The translations under genes were made by a program, and so were the position numbers. A stretch of DNA of 64,000 nt from a virus. The stretch lies in IMG/VR virus record IMGVR_UViG_3300020419_000009, positions 1-64,000 of that record; one strand, written 5' to 3'. The notes beneath the pieces are model-generated. The model did no database searches. It saw nothing but the letters and a program-made list of their open reading frames with translations, and was not told where the DNA came from. Positions 17,421-27,500 of the stretch are shown one piece after another. Position 1 is the stretch's first letter. Each line of letters opens with the position of its first letter.

Positions 17421-20206
17421 TGGCAACACAAACAAGAACCACAGGTAACGTTGTTCCTAGATTAAATGCTGGACCATATGTAGCCAGGGTAGTCAGTCAT
17501 TTAGATCCTAGACGAAGCGGAGATTTACGTGTTGAATTATTATCTACAGTAAAGTCTGGACAAGATCCTTTCTTTGAACCAGGACAACTTTTTACAGTAA
17601 GATATTGTACGCCATTCTATGGAGTAAATGATGTAAACAGTAACGGTAAACAACCTGGATACCAATACACACAACAAAGTTATGGTTTCTGGGCAGTACC
17701 ACCTGATCCGGGCGTTAAGGTGTTGGTTATTTTTGCAGAAGGACAAGCAAACCAAGGATACTGGATAGGGTGTATTCAAGACGAGTACATGAATAATATG
17801 GTACCTCAGGGACAGGTTACAAAAAAAGGAGCATATATAGATCAAGATGATCCAAATCTCACAGCAGATTATAAAGGCAGGTCTTTGCCTGCTGGTGAAT
17901 ACAATAAAAAACTTTCAAACAACATAACAAATCCTGACCTAGCATTAGCTCATTTCAATCCATTATTTTCCCGGGCTTTGTCTACACAAGGTTTAGTAGA
18001 TGATATTCACAGAGGACAATCAACAGCAAGTGCTAGGAGAGATATTCCTAGTACAGTGTTTGGTATAAACACTCCTGGTCCATTAGATAAAAGAGACGGC
18101 GCCCCAAGAGGACCATATGGCCCTAAAGGACAAACAGTTAACCAATATAGAAGTAGACTAGGCGGCTCAAGTTTAGTAATGGATGACGGAGACTCTGAAA
18201 TATATAGAGCAGGTAATCCAGGAACAACAGGTTCAACATATTACGATATAGGTAAACTTCCTGAAAATGCTTCTAAAGTTGATAAGACTTTACCATACGG
18301 AGATTCTGTAAGATTTAGAACACGTACAGGTCATCAAATATTGATGCATAACTCTGAAGACTTGATTTATATAGGAAATTCAACAGGTAGTGCTTGGCTT
18401 GAATTAACTTCAAACGGTAAGATAGATATTTACGCTAGTGATAGCATAAACATTAGAACTGAAACAGATCTTAACATCACAGCTGATAGGGACATAAACA
18501 TCTTAGCAGGGAGAGATTTTAATTTAACAACCGGTAGAGATAAAAAAGTCAATGTAGGAGTAAACAATGATGTGATCATTGGAAACAATGATGCTAAAAA
18601 AATTGGAGTTAACCAAGATCTTAAAGTAAGTGGTTCTAGACAAAAAGCAATAGGTGGAGATGAAGACGTTCAAATTGCTGGCGCACAAAGATCAACTATA
18701 TCAGGAGATTATAACTTACAGGTAGGACAAGATGGACACATTGCTGTAAATGCCAACTTCCACAGCAAAGTTGTAGGAGATTATAGACAAACTATAAATG
18801 GTGCATTTAACTTGAATACAGTTGGAGATAACAAATTTACAAGTGGAGCAAATACACAAATAAAAAGTGCATCAGCAAACAAATTAGATGCAGGAACAGT
18901 GACAAGTATTTTAAGCGTAGGAACACATTCTGAAACAGCATCTCAAGTACACATGAATAGTACAGTACCTGCTACGGCGGCTGACTCGGCTGATTCAATT
19001 GGAGACACATTTACCAAGTCTGTAACTAACCAAGCAGTTGACGACAGTAATCAGATTTTAGATAAAGATGGAACTGCTATTGCTGACTTGCGTGTTACAG
19101 CAGATGCCACAAGAGCAGTTGAAGCCTTAGAAGCAAAAACGCCGAGACGTGTACCGTTACATGAACCTTGGGCAGAGCATGAAAATTTAAATCCTTCTGC
19201 TCATGGTCCGGGCGTTACAGAAAGTATTATTCAAACGTCTCCTTCATTAAGGACAGCATCACCAACGTTGGAGAAAGAATCAGATATGCCTGAACGTAAC
19301 AGTACTTCGGGTGTGTTTAGGGCGGGAGATTCGGACCCGACAGAAATAGATATAGACAAAGTGTTTAAAACAAATGACGATGGCAATGTTGGAACACAAC
19401 CGGCAGAACCAATATCACAAATAGAGTCAAAGAGATTTTTCTTAAGCGAACTAATAAAAGGCATAGGTTTAGATCCTGTAGAGGCATTAAAAAGCGGAGA
19501 CAATGGTGGAGCAGGTCAGGCACTAGGTATGGCTCTTGCCCAAATACAAGCAGAAAGTAAATTTAAGCCTAGCAGTGAAAATCTAAATTATAGTGCAAAA
19601 GGATTAAGGGCAACTTTTAAAATGTTTAGAAAGCCAGGCGGTCGTGCATTGTCAGAGCAGTTGCATAGAAGACCTGTTGAAATAGGCAGTGTTGTATATG
19701 GAAGTAGAATGGGCAACGGAGGACCTGAAACTGGAGATGGCTACAGATACAGAGGTCGTGGGTTAATCCAATTAACAGGAACAGATAATTATAAGTTATA
19801 TGGAGGATTTGCCGGAGTTGACATTTATAAAAATCCAGAGTTAGCTAATGATCCTAAGGTTGCTTGTAAACTAGCAGTGGCTTATTTGACACAAGGTCCA
19901 AAGGCAAGATTTATCACTTGGACTACTACTGATTTTACTTCATTAGCAAAACAATTTAAAAATGCTATAGGATATGCTGACTTAGATGGAGCAAAAACAA
20001 TAGCCAGAAGAGAATCGGGACAAGGGTTTTGGCAACAAATTAAAAATGGTGATCTTACACCATTAGCTGATGTTACACCACCAACAGCAATAGAAAAAGG
20101 AAGTACAAGCATAGTAGAGGAAAGAGATTTGCAAACATCACAAGGAAATCCTCCTTCAGAAACTTCAACAGATAATCTGCAATCATCACAAGGAAATCCA
20201 CAGTAA
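17420..20206 (+). CDS. gp5: baseplate central spike (gp5/VgrG-like) with C-terminal GH19 lysozyme domain
   Basis: OB-fold segment (PPDPGVKVLVIF...YWIG), RTRTGHQ, 8-residue VG.D/N beta-helix repeats ending VHMNS, then GH19 motifs AQIQAES..ENLNYSA and GDGYRYRGRGLIQLTG..NY. Confidence 0.85.
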   Translation: MATQTRTTGNVVPRLNAGPYVARVVSHLDPRRSGDLRVELLSTVKSGQDPFFEPGQLFTVRYCTPFYGVNDVNSNGKQPGYQYTQQSYGFWAVPPDPGVKVLVIFAEGQANQGYWIGCIQDEYMNNMVPQGQVTKKGAYIDQDDPNLTADYKGRSLPAGEYNKKLSNNITNPDLALAHFNPLFSRALSTQGLVDDIHRGQSTASARRDIPSTVFGINTPGPLDKRDGAPRGPYGPKGQTVNQYRSRLGGSSLVMDDGDSEIYRAGNPGTTGSTYYDIGKLPENASKVDKTLPYGDSVRFRTRTGHQILMHNSEDLIYIGNSTGSAWLELTSNGKIDIYASDSINIRTETDLNITADRDINILAGRDFNLTTGRDKKVNVGVNNDVIIGNNDAKKIGVNQDLKVSGSRQKAIGGDEDVQIAGAQRSTISGDYNLQVGQDGHIAVNANFHSKVVGDYRQTINGAFNLNTVGDNKFTSGANTQIKSASANKLDAGTVTSILSVGTHSETASQVHMNSTVPATAADSADSIGDTFTKSVTNQAVDDSNQILDKDGTAIADLRVTADATRAVEALEAKTPRRVPLHEPWAEHENLNPSAHGPGVTESIIQTSPSLRTASPTLEKESDMPERNSTSGVFRAGDSDPTEIDIDKVFKTNDDGNVGTQPAEPISQIESKRFFLSELIKGIGLDPVEALKSGDNGGAGQALGMALAQIQAESKFKPSSENLNYSAKGLRATFKMFRKPGGRALSEQLHRRPVEIGSVVYGSRMGNGGPETGDGYRYRGRGLIQLTGTDNYKLYGGFAGVDIYKNPELANDPKVACKLAVAYLTQGPKARFITWTTTDFTSLAKQFKNAIGYADLDGAKTIARRESGQGFWQQIKNGDLTPLADVTPPTAIEKGSTSIVEERDLQTSQGNPPSETSTDNLQSSQGNPQ
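20130..20199. repeat. 22-nt direct repeat x2 (1 mismatch, period 48) encoding LQ[T/S]SQGNP at the gp5 C-terminus
   Basis: TGCAA[A/T]CATCACAAGGAAATCC at 20130-20151 and 20178-20199. Confidence 0.85.
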
Positions 20207-20514
20207 TGCTTAAAGTATGTAGAGAAACTGATACACTAGACACAGGGCATGGATGCGATAGCACAACTACTCTTGATACACCTTCTCAAGGCACAGTATT
20301 TGCCGAAGGCTTATTAGTTGCCAGAAAAACAGATCCTACAGTAAGCCATGAAATAGATCCTGAACCATGTAGCTCTCATACCGCTACAGTCAATGTAGGT
20401 GATACCACAGTTTTTGCAGTGGGATTAGCTGTTGCAAGAGTAACAGATTCAGCAGATAGTGGATCAATGACATCAGGTGCCGCTACAGTTTTCGCCAACG
20501 GACCAGCAGGATAA
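20206..20514 (+). CDS. PAAR spike-tip protein (gp5.4-like)
   Basis: Three VCR/VAR..D repeats, TVF..G repeats and His/Cys ligands; directly after gp5. Confidence 0.88.
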   Translation: MLKVCRETDTLDTGHGCDSTTTLDTPSQGTVFAEGLLVARKTDPTVSHEIDPEPCSSHTATVNVGDTTVFAVGLAVARVTDSADSGSMTSGAATVFANGPAG

Positions 20515-20522
20515 ATATTAGT

Positions 20523-20957
20523 ATGGCAAAAGAATTATATAAAGAAATAACACTTACACAACCAAAAAATCCACAGCCACCGGTAAAACAAAAGGCTTAT
20601 AGGGGGTTTAGTACTGTAAATGTTGAAAATAATGCATTTCAATTGTTTGATCTAAGTTTAATAAAACAAGATCTAATAAATCACTTCAATATTAGGCAAG
20701 GAGAGAAACTATCTGATCCAACATTTGGTTGTATTATTTGGGATGCCTTATTTGAACCATTAACTGAAGAGCTCAAGGATGCTATTGTACAAAATGTTAC
20801 AGGAATAGTGAATAGTGATCCAAGAACGGCCGCATCAGAGGTAAAAGTTAACGAGTTTGAATCAGGACTACAGATTGAATGTACGCTAAGATATCTTACC
20901 TATAATATCAGTGAAAATTTAAGACTGCAATTTGATAAGAATAACGGTTTATTGTGA
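20523..20957 (+). CDS. gp25: baseplate wedge subunit (gp25-like)
   Basis: IKQDLINHFNIRQGEKLSDPTFGCIIWDALFEP...DPR. Confidence 0.9.
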   Translation: MAKELYKEITLTQPKNPQPPVKQKAYRGFSTVNVENNAFQLFDLSLIKQDLINHFNIRQGEKLSDPTFGCIIWDALFEPLTEELKDAIVQNVTGIVNSDPRTAASEVKVNEFESGLQIECTLRYLTYNISENLRLQFDKNNGLL

Positions 20958-21021
20958 TAGAATTAACTACTTGGTTAATATAAAATCATAAATACTGCTA
21001 GTATAATATAAAGGATTGACA

Positions 21022-24000
21022 ATGTCATCAACTGATAGACAAAATAGGTTATTACTCGCAGAAGATTGGAAGAAGATTTATCAAAGTTTTAGGAATGCAG
21101 AATTCCAAAGCTATGATTTTGACAGTCTAAGACGGGCAATGATTACCTATCTTAGAAATAATTATCCGGAAGACTTTAATGATTACATTGAAACATCAGA
21201 ATATCTAGCATTAATAGATTTAATTGCTTTTTTAGGACAAAACATTGCCTATAGAGTTGATCTTAATGCAAGAGAAAATTATTTAGAACTAGCAGAACGT
21301 AGAGAGTCGGTATTACGTCTAGCAAGATTATTATCATACAATCCAAGAAGGAATCAAGCCGCTAACGGTTTATTAAAATTTGACTCTGTAAAAACTACTG
21401 AGTCATTAGTAGATAGCAATGGAAATAATTTAGCAGATCAAACTATTATATGGAATGATCCTAGTAACACAAATTGGGCAGAACAATTTACTAGAGTGTT
21501 AAATTCAGCATTACCAACTAATAATACAGTAGGTAAGCCAGGAAAAAACACTGTATTGAATTCAGTACGTACACAAACTTATAGATTTAATTCTTCAAAT
21601 ACTGATGTACCTATTTTTACTTTTACAAAAGGAGTAAATGGAATATCAACACCATTTGAAATAGTATCAACAGATATAGATTTAGATAATTCTGTTTTAG
21701 AAGAAGAGCCACCACTACCTGGAAATCAGCTACAGTTTTTATATAGAGAAGATGGCAGAGGTAATGGTAGTAGTAATACAGGATATTTTTTACATTTCAG
21801 ACAAGGATCAATGACAACTGGTGATTTTACAGTTGCTAATCCATCAGCAAATCAAAGAATAAACATCGAAGCAGAAAATATAAACGACTCTGATGTTTGG
21901 TTATTTAAATTAGACAATGATGGTATTGTAGAAAAACTTTGGACCAAGGTTCCAGCTACTGAAGGAAACAATGCAATATTTAATAGTTTATCAAAAGGAG
22001 TTAGAGATTACTATGCAGTTCAGACGAGAACTAATGACGAGATATCTTTAATATTTGCAGATGGCACATTTGGAAATGTACCAAGCGGATCGTTTAGAAC
22101 TTTTTATCGCACTAGTGCAAACAGATCAATGAGAATTGCTCCAAGTGAACTTACAGATATAAATTTTAGTTTTGATTATTTGAGTAAGTCAGGTAGATCC
22201 GAGACTATGTCAGTTACTTTAGAATTAAAAGATACCATAACAAATGCAAGTACATCAGAATCTAGTGCAAGTATAAGAAACTATGCACCACAAACTTATT
22301 ACACACAAAACAGGATGATAACAGGAGAAGATTATAACATAACTCCTTTAACAACCAACCAAGAAATTATTAAAACAAAAGCTACCAACAGAATATCAAG
22401 CGGAATAAGTAGATATTTTGATCTAAAAGATGTAACAGGAAAGTATTCTAGTACAAATCTTTACGGATCAGATGGTGTGCTATATAGAGAAGAATATGAA
22501 AGCAAAAAAACTTTTACGTTCTCAACACAAACTGATATTGAAGGACAAATAGAAAATACAATTCTACCTACTATACAAAGCAGAGCAATAAGCAATTATT
22601 ACTTTGGTAATTATTCAAAGATTATTGTTAGTGATTTGAATGCTACCTGGACACAGTCTACTAAAGGCACAAATATATCCACAGGATTACTAAAAAATAC
22701 TGGAGGAGTTGAATTTCAAGTAGGAAGTTTTACTGGAGGTTCATTAAAATATGTTGAAACAGGTGCTTTGTTGAAATTTAAGCCACCAGCAGGATTTTAT
22801 TTTATAGGAGAAGGTGAACTAACTTCTGTAGCTAGTGAAAAAGGAGCCAGTTCATACAAATGGGTGAAAGTAATTAGCGTAGATGGATCAGGAACAACTG
22901 TAAATGCAACTACAGGAGCAGGACCAATTGTTTTTAATGAAATTTTACCTGCAAATAGTATATTAGAAGAAGTAAAACCTAAATTAGTCAAAGATATTAC
23001 TGCTGATGTAAGATCGCAAATAATTGATCAAGTATTTGCTTATAAAACTTTTGGATTACGATATGATCAAGTGAATAGAATTTGGCGTGTAATTATTAAT
23101 GAAAATTTAAATGTAAATGATAAGTTTAGTAATGGTAAAACTGGAGATGTAACAAATAATAAATTAGATGCAAGTTGGATTATATTGTTTCAAACTAACG
23201 GAGAAAAATATACAGTCACTAATAGAGGATTAAGATATATCTTTGAAAGCGATAAAGAATTATCTTTCTATTACGACAGTCAAAATAAAATTTACGATTC
23301 TTCAACAGGACAGTTAGTTAAAGATAAAATTGGAATAATGAACTTTAATAATAAACCTGATTCATTAGATAATTTTAACAATGACATTGACTGGGAAATT
23401 GTTACAGAATACAGGAACACCGATGGATATATCAATAGTAAGAAAGTTGAAGTCAGCTTCTTTGATCTAAATGATGACGGATCTGTTGATGATCCTGATA
23501 TATTTGATAATGTAGTTGCTCCGGCAACTAATTCTTTAACAAAATATATATTCTTAAAGAAAGAAACAACTGATCAAGGATTTTCGAAATATAATTATCT
23601 ATCAACAGGTTCTACCATTCAAGTTAAAAGCACCGAAACAGATATTGGAGCATATTCTCAATATGCAACAGATCCTACAGTATTTTATATTGTTGATCAA
23701 AATAATTTTAAGATATTGTCCGGAGGAACACTAAGTTTAACAAGCGACTATCAAGCGTTTGTTGGTAGGGATTCATTAAAATTTCACTACGTTCATAGTG
23801 CAGATGAGTCTAATAGAATAGATCCAAGTGTAAGTAATATAATTGATATCTATTTGTTAACTAGAAGCTATGATATTGAGTTTAGAAAGTTCCTAGCAGG
23901 AACGGTTACAACTAAACCGTTACCTCCAAGTGTAGACAACTTGTTTCAACAGTATGGACAAAACATTAATAACACAAAAAGTATCAGTGATGAAGTAATT

Positions 24001-24579
24001 TATCATCCTGTAAAATATAAAGTATTATTTGGTAAACATGCAGAAGAAAATTTACAAGCTACATTTAAGGTAGTAAAAAATAATGAAAATGTTATTAATG
24101 ATAACGATATCAAAGTAAGAATTGTACAAGCGATTAATAGATATTTTGCTTTACAAAACTGGGACTTTGGAGAAGTATTTCATTTTACGGAACTAGCAAC
24201 TTTCGTTATGAACAGTCTAGCACCAGATTTAGTCAACTTTTTACTTGTTCCTAAACAAGGATCATTGTCTTTTGGTAGCTTATACGAAATAAAAAGCGAA
24301 AACGATGAATTATTTGTAAGTGACGCAACAGTTTCAGACATAGAAGTTATAGATAGTGTAACAGCATCTAGAATACAAGCATCAGGAACAGTTTTAACTG
24401 CGTCAACTTCAGCAAATACGGGAATACAAAGTCAAGCATTGACTGTAACGTCCACATCCGCTACAACAACAAGTACAGCGTCAACTTCTACTTCATCTAC
24501 TTCTTCAAGTAGCAGTGGTAGTTCATCAGGATCTGGCGGCGGAGGTAGTTCAGGCGGCGGTGGAGGCTACGGTTACTAA
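21022..24579 (+). CDS. gp6: baseplate wedge protein (gp6-like), extended
   Basis: YDFDSLR..F.DY.E.SE...LIDLIAF...NARENYLELAERRESV, FADGTFG.VP, ES..SIR..AP..YYTQNRMITGEDY. ATG 21022 is preferred over TTG 21016 on RBS spacing. Confidence 0.88.
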   Translation: MSSTDRQNRLLLAEDWKKIYQSFRNAEFQSYDFDSLRRAMITYLRNNYPEDFNDYIETSEYLALIDLIAFLGQNIAYRVDLNARENYLELAERRESVLRLARLLSYNPRRNQAANGLLKFDSVKTTESLVDSNGNNLADQTIIWNDPSNTNWAEQFTRVLNSALPTNNTVGKPGKNTVLNSVRTQTYRFNSSNTDVPIFTFTKGVNGISTPFEIVSTDIDLDNSVLEEEPPLPGNQLQFLYREDGRGNGSSNTGYFLHFRQGSMTTGDFTVANPSANQRINIEAENINDSDVWLFKLDNDGIVEKLWTKVPATEGNNAIFNSLSKGVRDYYAVQTRTNDEISLIFADGTFGNVPSGSFRTFYRTSANRSMRIAPSELTDINFSFDYLSKSGRSETMSVTLELKDTITNASTSESSASIRNYAPQTYYTQNRMITGEDYNITPLTTNQEIIKTKATNRISSGISRYFDLKDVTGKYSSTNLYGSDGVLYREEYESKKTFTFSTQTDIEGQIENTILPTIQSRAISNYYFGNYSKIIVSDLNATWTQSTKGTNISTGLLKNTGGVEFQVGSFTGGSLKYVETGALLKFKPPAGFYFIGEGELTSVASEKGASSYKWVKVISVDGSGTTVNATTGAGPIVFNEILPANSILEEVKPKLVKDITADVRSQIIDQVFAYKTFGLRYDQVNRIWRVIINENLNVNDKFSNGKTGDVTNNKLDASWIILFQTNGEKYTVTNRGLRYIFESDKELSFYYDSQNKIYDSSTGQLVKDKIGIMNFNNKPDSLDNFNNDIDWEIVTEYRNTDGYINSKKVEVSFFDLNDDGSVDDPDIFDNVVAPATNSLTKYIFLKKETTDQGFSKYNYLSTGSTIQVKSTETDIGAYSQYATDPTVFYIVDQNNFKILSGGTLSLTSDYQAFVGRDSLKFHYVHSADESNRIDPSVSNIIDIYLLTRSYDIEFRKFLAGTVTTKPLPPSVDNLFQQYGQNINNTKSISDEVIYHPVKYKVLFGKHAEENLQATFKVVKNNENVINDNDIKVRIVQAINRYFALQNWDFGEVFHFTELATFVMNSLAPDLVNFLLVPKQGSLSFGSLYEIKSENDELFVSDATVSDIEVIDSVTASRIQASGTVLTASTSANTGIQSQALTVTSTSATTTSTASTSTSSTSSSSSGSSSGSGGGGSSGGGGGYGY

Positions 24580-27500
24580 TGGCACAAGATGAAAAAGGAA
24601 TTCCAATAGCAGGTGACAACAATCAGCGTAAAACAGCTGATATGCTTCCACGTTATTTTAGAACAACAGCAAATAATAAGTTTTTAAGTAGTACACTGGA
24701 TCAGCTTATGCAACCTGGTGTGGTTGAAAAAGTTGATGGATTCATTGGTAGAAGAGATGCAAAAGCATGGAAAAGTTCAGACAATTATCTAAGTGACGTT
24801 AGCAACGATAGAGAAAACTATCAACTTGAGCCCGTAGCAACTATAACTGATAATCTAGGTAATAATACTTTTTATAGAGATTATAGAGATTATATTAATA
24901 GTATAAAAATAAGAAACGGTGACACAAGTGATCACAGTACCTTAAATGCACAAGAATACTATGCATGGGATCCACATATAAATTGGGATAAGTTTGTAAA
25001 CTTTAGAGAATATTATTGGCTACCAACAGGTCCTAATACTATTCCAGTTTATGGTAGTTCTAGAGAAATTCAAAGCACATTTTCTGTAAGAAAGCAAAAT
25101 AATGTAGATAATGATTCTTACATCTTTTCTAAAGATAATGCAGTTAGTAATCCTACACTTACTTTATACAAAGGTCAAACGTATACCTTTGATATAGATT
25201 GCGTTGACATGCCATTTTCAATTAGGACTTCTAATAGTATTGCAGACGACACTAACTTATACACAAAAGGGGTTAGTCAAAATAATACAGAAACAGGAAC
25301 AGTAACTTGGACTATAGATTTAGAATCTCCTGATACGTTATTTTATGTAAACAGTAATGACAATGAGGCATCTGGACTTATTATAATAAAAAATATTGTA
25401 GATAATACCTATTTAAATGTTGGAGAAGATATTTTAGATAGAAAAACATACAAAATGCAAAATGGTTACGAATTAGCAAACGGTATGCGATTAGAATTTG
25501 TCGGCGACATAACTCCTACAAAATATGCTACAGGAACGTGGTATGTTGAAGGAGTAGGTGAAGGAATAAAATTAGTTTCAGCCGAAGATGTAGGAATAAG
25601 TGCAAGTTATCTTGCAGATCTTACTACACAATTTGATAACACTTCATTTGATGCATTACCTTTTGATGATGCTATATCTTACGCAAACAAAAAAGATTAT
25701 ATTGTAATTAATAAACAATCTAAAGATAGAAACCAATGGTCTAGATATAATTTATGGACACACAAATCAGTTTTAGAAACAACAGCGGCTATCAACGGAA
25801 CATCAATTTCAGTTGATCAAAATTTTAGAGCAACTAGACCTATTATAGAATTTGAGGCTGGACTAAAATTATATAATTTTGGAACAGAAGCTAAAGTAAA
25901 CGTAGATCTTGTTGATACTGTAACAACTGATGTCTTTTCAGACATCGAAGGTCAAGCTGGTTACTTTGTTGACGGCACAGAATTAGTATCAGGCATGAGA
26001 GTTTTATTTACAGCAGATCCTGACACATTAGTTGCTGGTAAAATTTATGAAGTTACATTTATAAAGCAAGTAAACAAAACACAAATAGCATTAAAAGAGA
26101 CGACAGATACAGCACCACAAACAAATGAAACAGTTTTGGTAAAAGCAGGAACAAGATATAAAGGTAAGATGTTCTATTATACAGGAACAACTTGGAAATT
26201 AGGTCAAGATAAAATAGGAACTAATCAACAACCTTTATTTGACTTGTATAACGATTCAGGCACTGCATTAAGCACATTGTCAGGAAGTACATTTACAGGA
26301 AATAAAATATTTTCTTATAAAGTAGGAACAGGAACTGCGGATACAGAATTAGGTTTTGCTTTATCTTATAGAACAATAGAAAACAGTGGTGATATTACCT
26401 TTGATTTTAATTTACTTATGGACACATACCAGTACGATTTTGGAACAACTGTTTTAAATGTTAGAACTGATACAGGACTATTAAGAAAATATCAAACAAG
26501 AACTGCATATTCTGATGTATCGGGTTGGACAAAAGCAAAAAATAAATCTTCTCAACCTGTAGTTTTGCAATATACTTCTGGACCAAGAACAAATAATTTT
26601 ATTATAGATAGTTACGAAAAGAGCGGAGATTTAAATGATCTTACATATAAGGTATATGTAGATAACATCAAGAAAGTAGAAAATATCGACTTTACAATTG
26701 ATAGAATAAACAGTTATGCTTATGTAAGATTTTACACAGACTTATCTATAAATCAAAAAGTTGTAATTGAAACTAAATCAGCAACACCTAAAAATTCTAG
26801 AGGATATTACAAATTTCCTACGAACTTAGAAAAAAATCCTATGAACGAAAACATAACGGATTTTACCTTCGGAGAAGTTTTAGATCACGTGGATAGCATT
26901 GTTGACGAAGTGCCCGGCTTTTTAGGAACTTTTCCAGGAAACAGTAACTTAGGCGATTTAGGATTAGTTTCAAAATATGGACTTAAATTTGTTCAACATT
27001 CTGGACCAATCAATTTAGCATTGTATAATCTTACCAATAAAGAATTTGATATGGTAGAAGCTATCAAATATTCAAATAGAGAATACATTAAATTTAAAAG
27101 AGAATTTTTAAGAGTTGCAAATGACTTAGGATTTGAAGCAGAAGACAAACAGCATGTTGATAAAATTTTATTAAGTCTTACAGAAACTAAAACAAACAAA
27201 GATCCTTTTTACTTTAGTGATATGATTCCATTCGGCGGCGATACAACATTAACATATGAGATTGAAGACATTTCTCAAACTATTTTTCCTCTAACAAGAA
27301 CTATAGATTTCACAACATTAAACGAAAATGCTATACTTGTATATTTAGATCAAACACAGTTAATTAAAGATAAAGATTACACAGTTAGTACAGATGGTTT
27401 CATTACAATTACAGCTACTATCACAGCAGGACAGAAACTTTATGTATACGAATACGAATCAACAGATGGTTGTTGGGTACCTCCTACTCCTACAAAGTTA

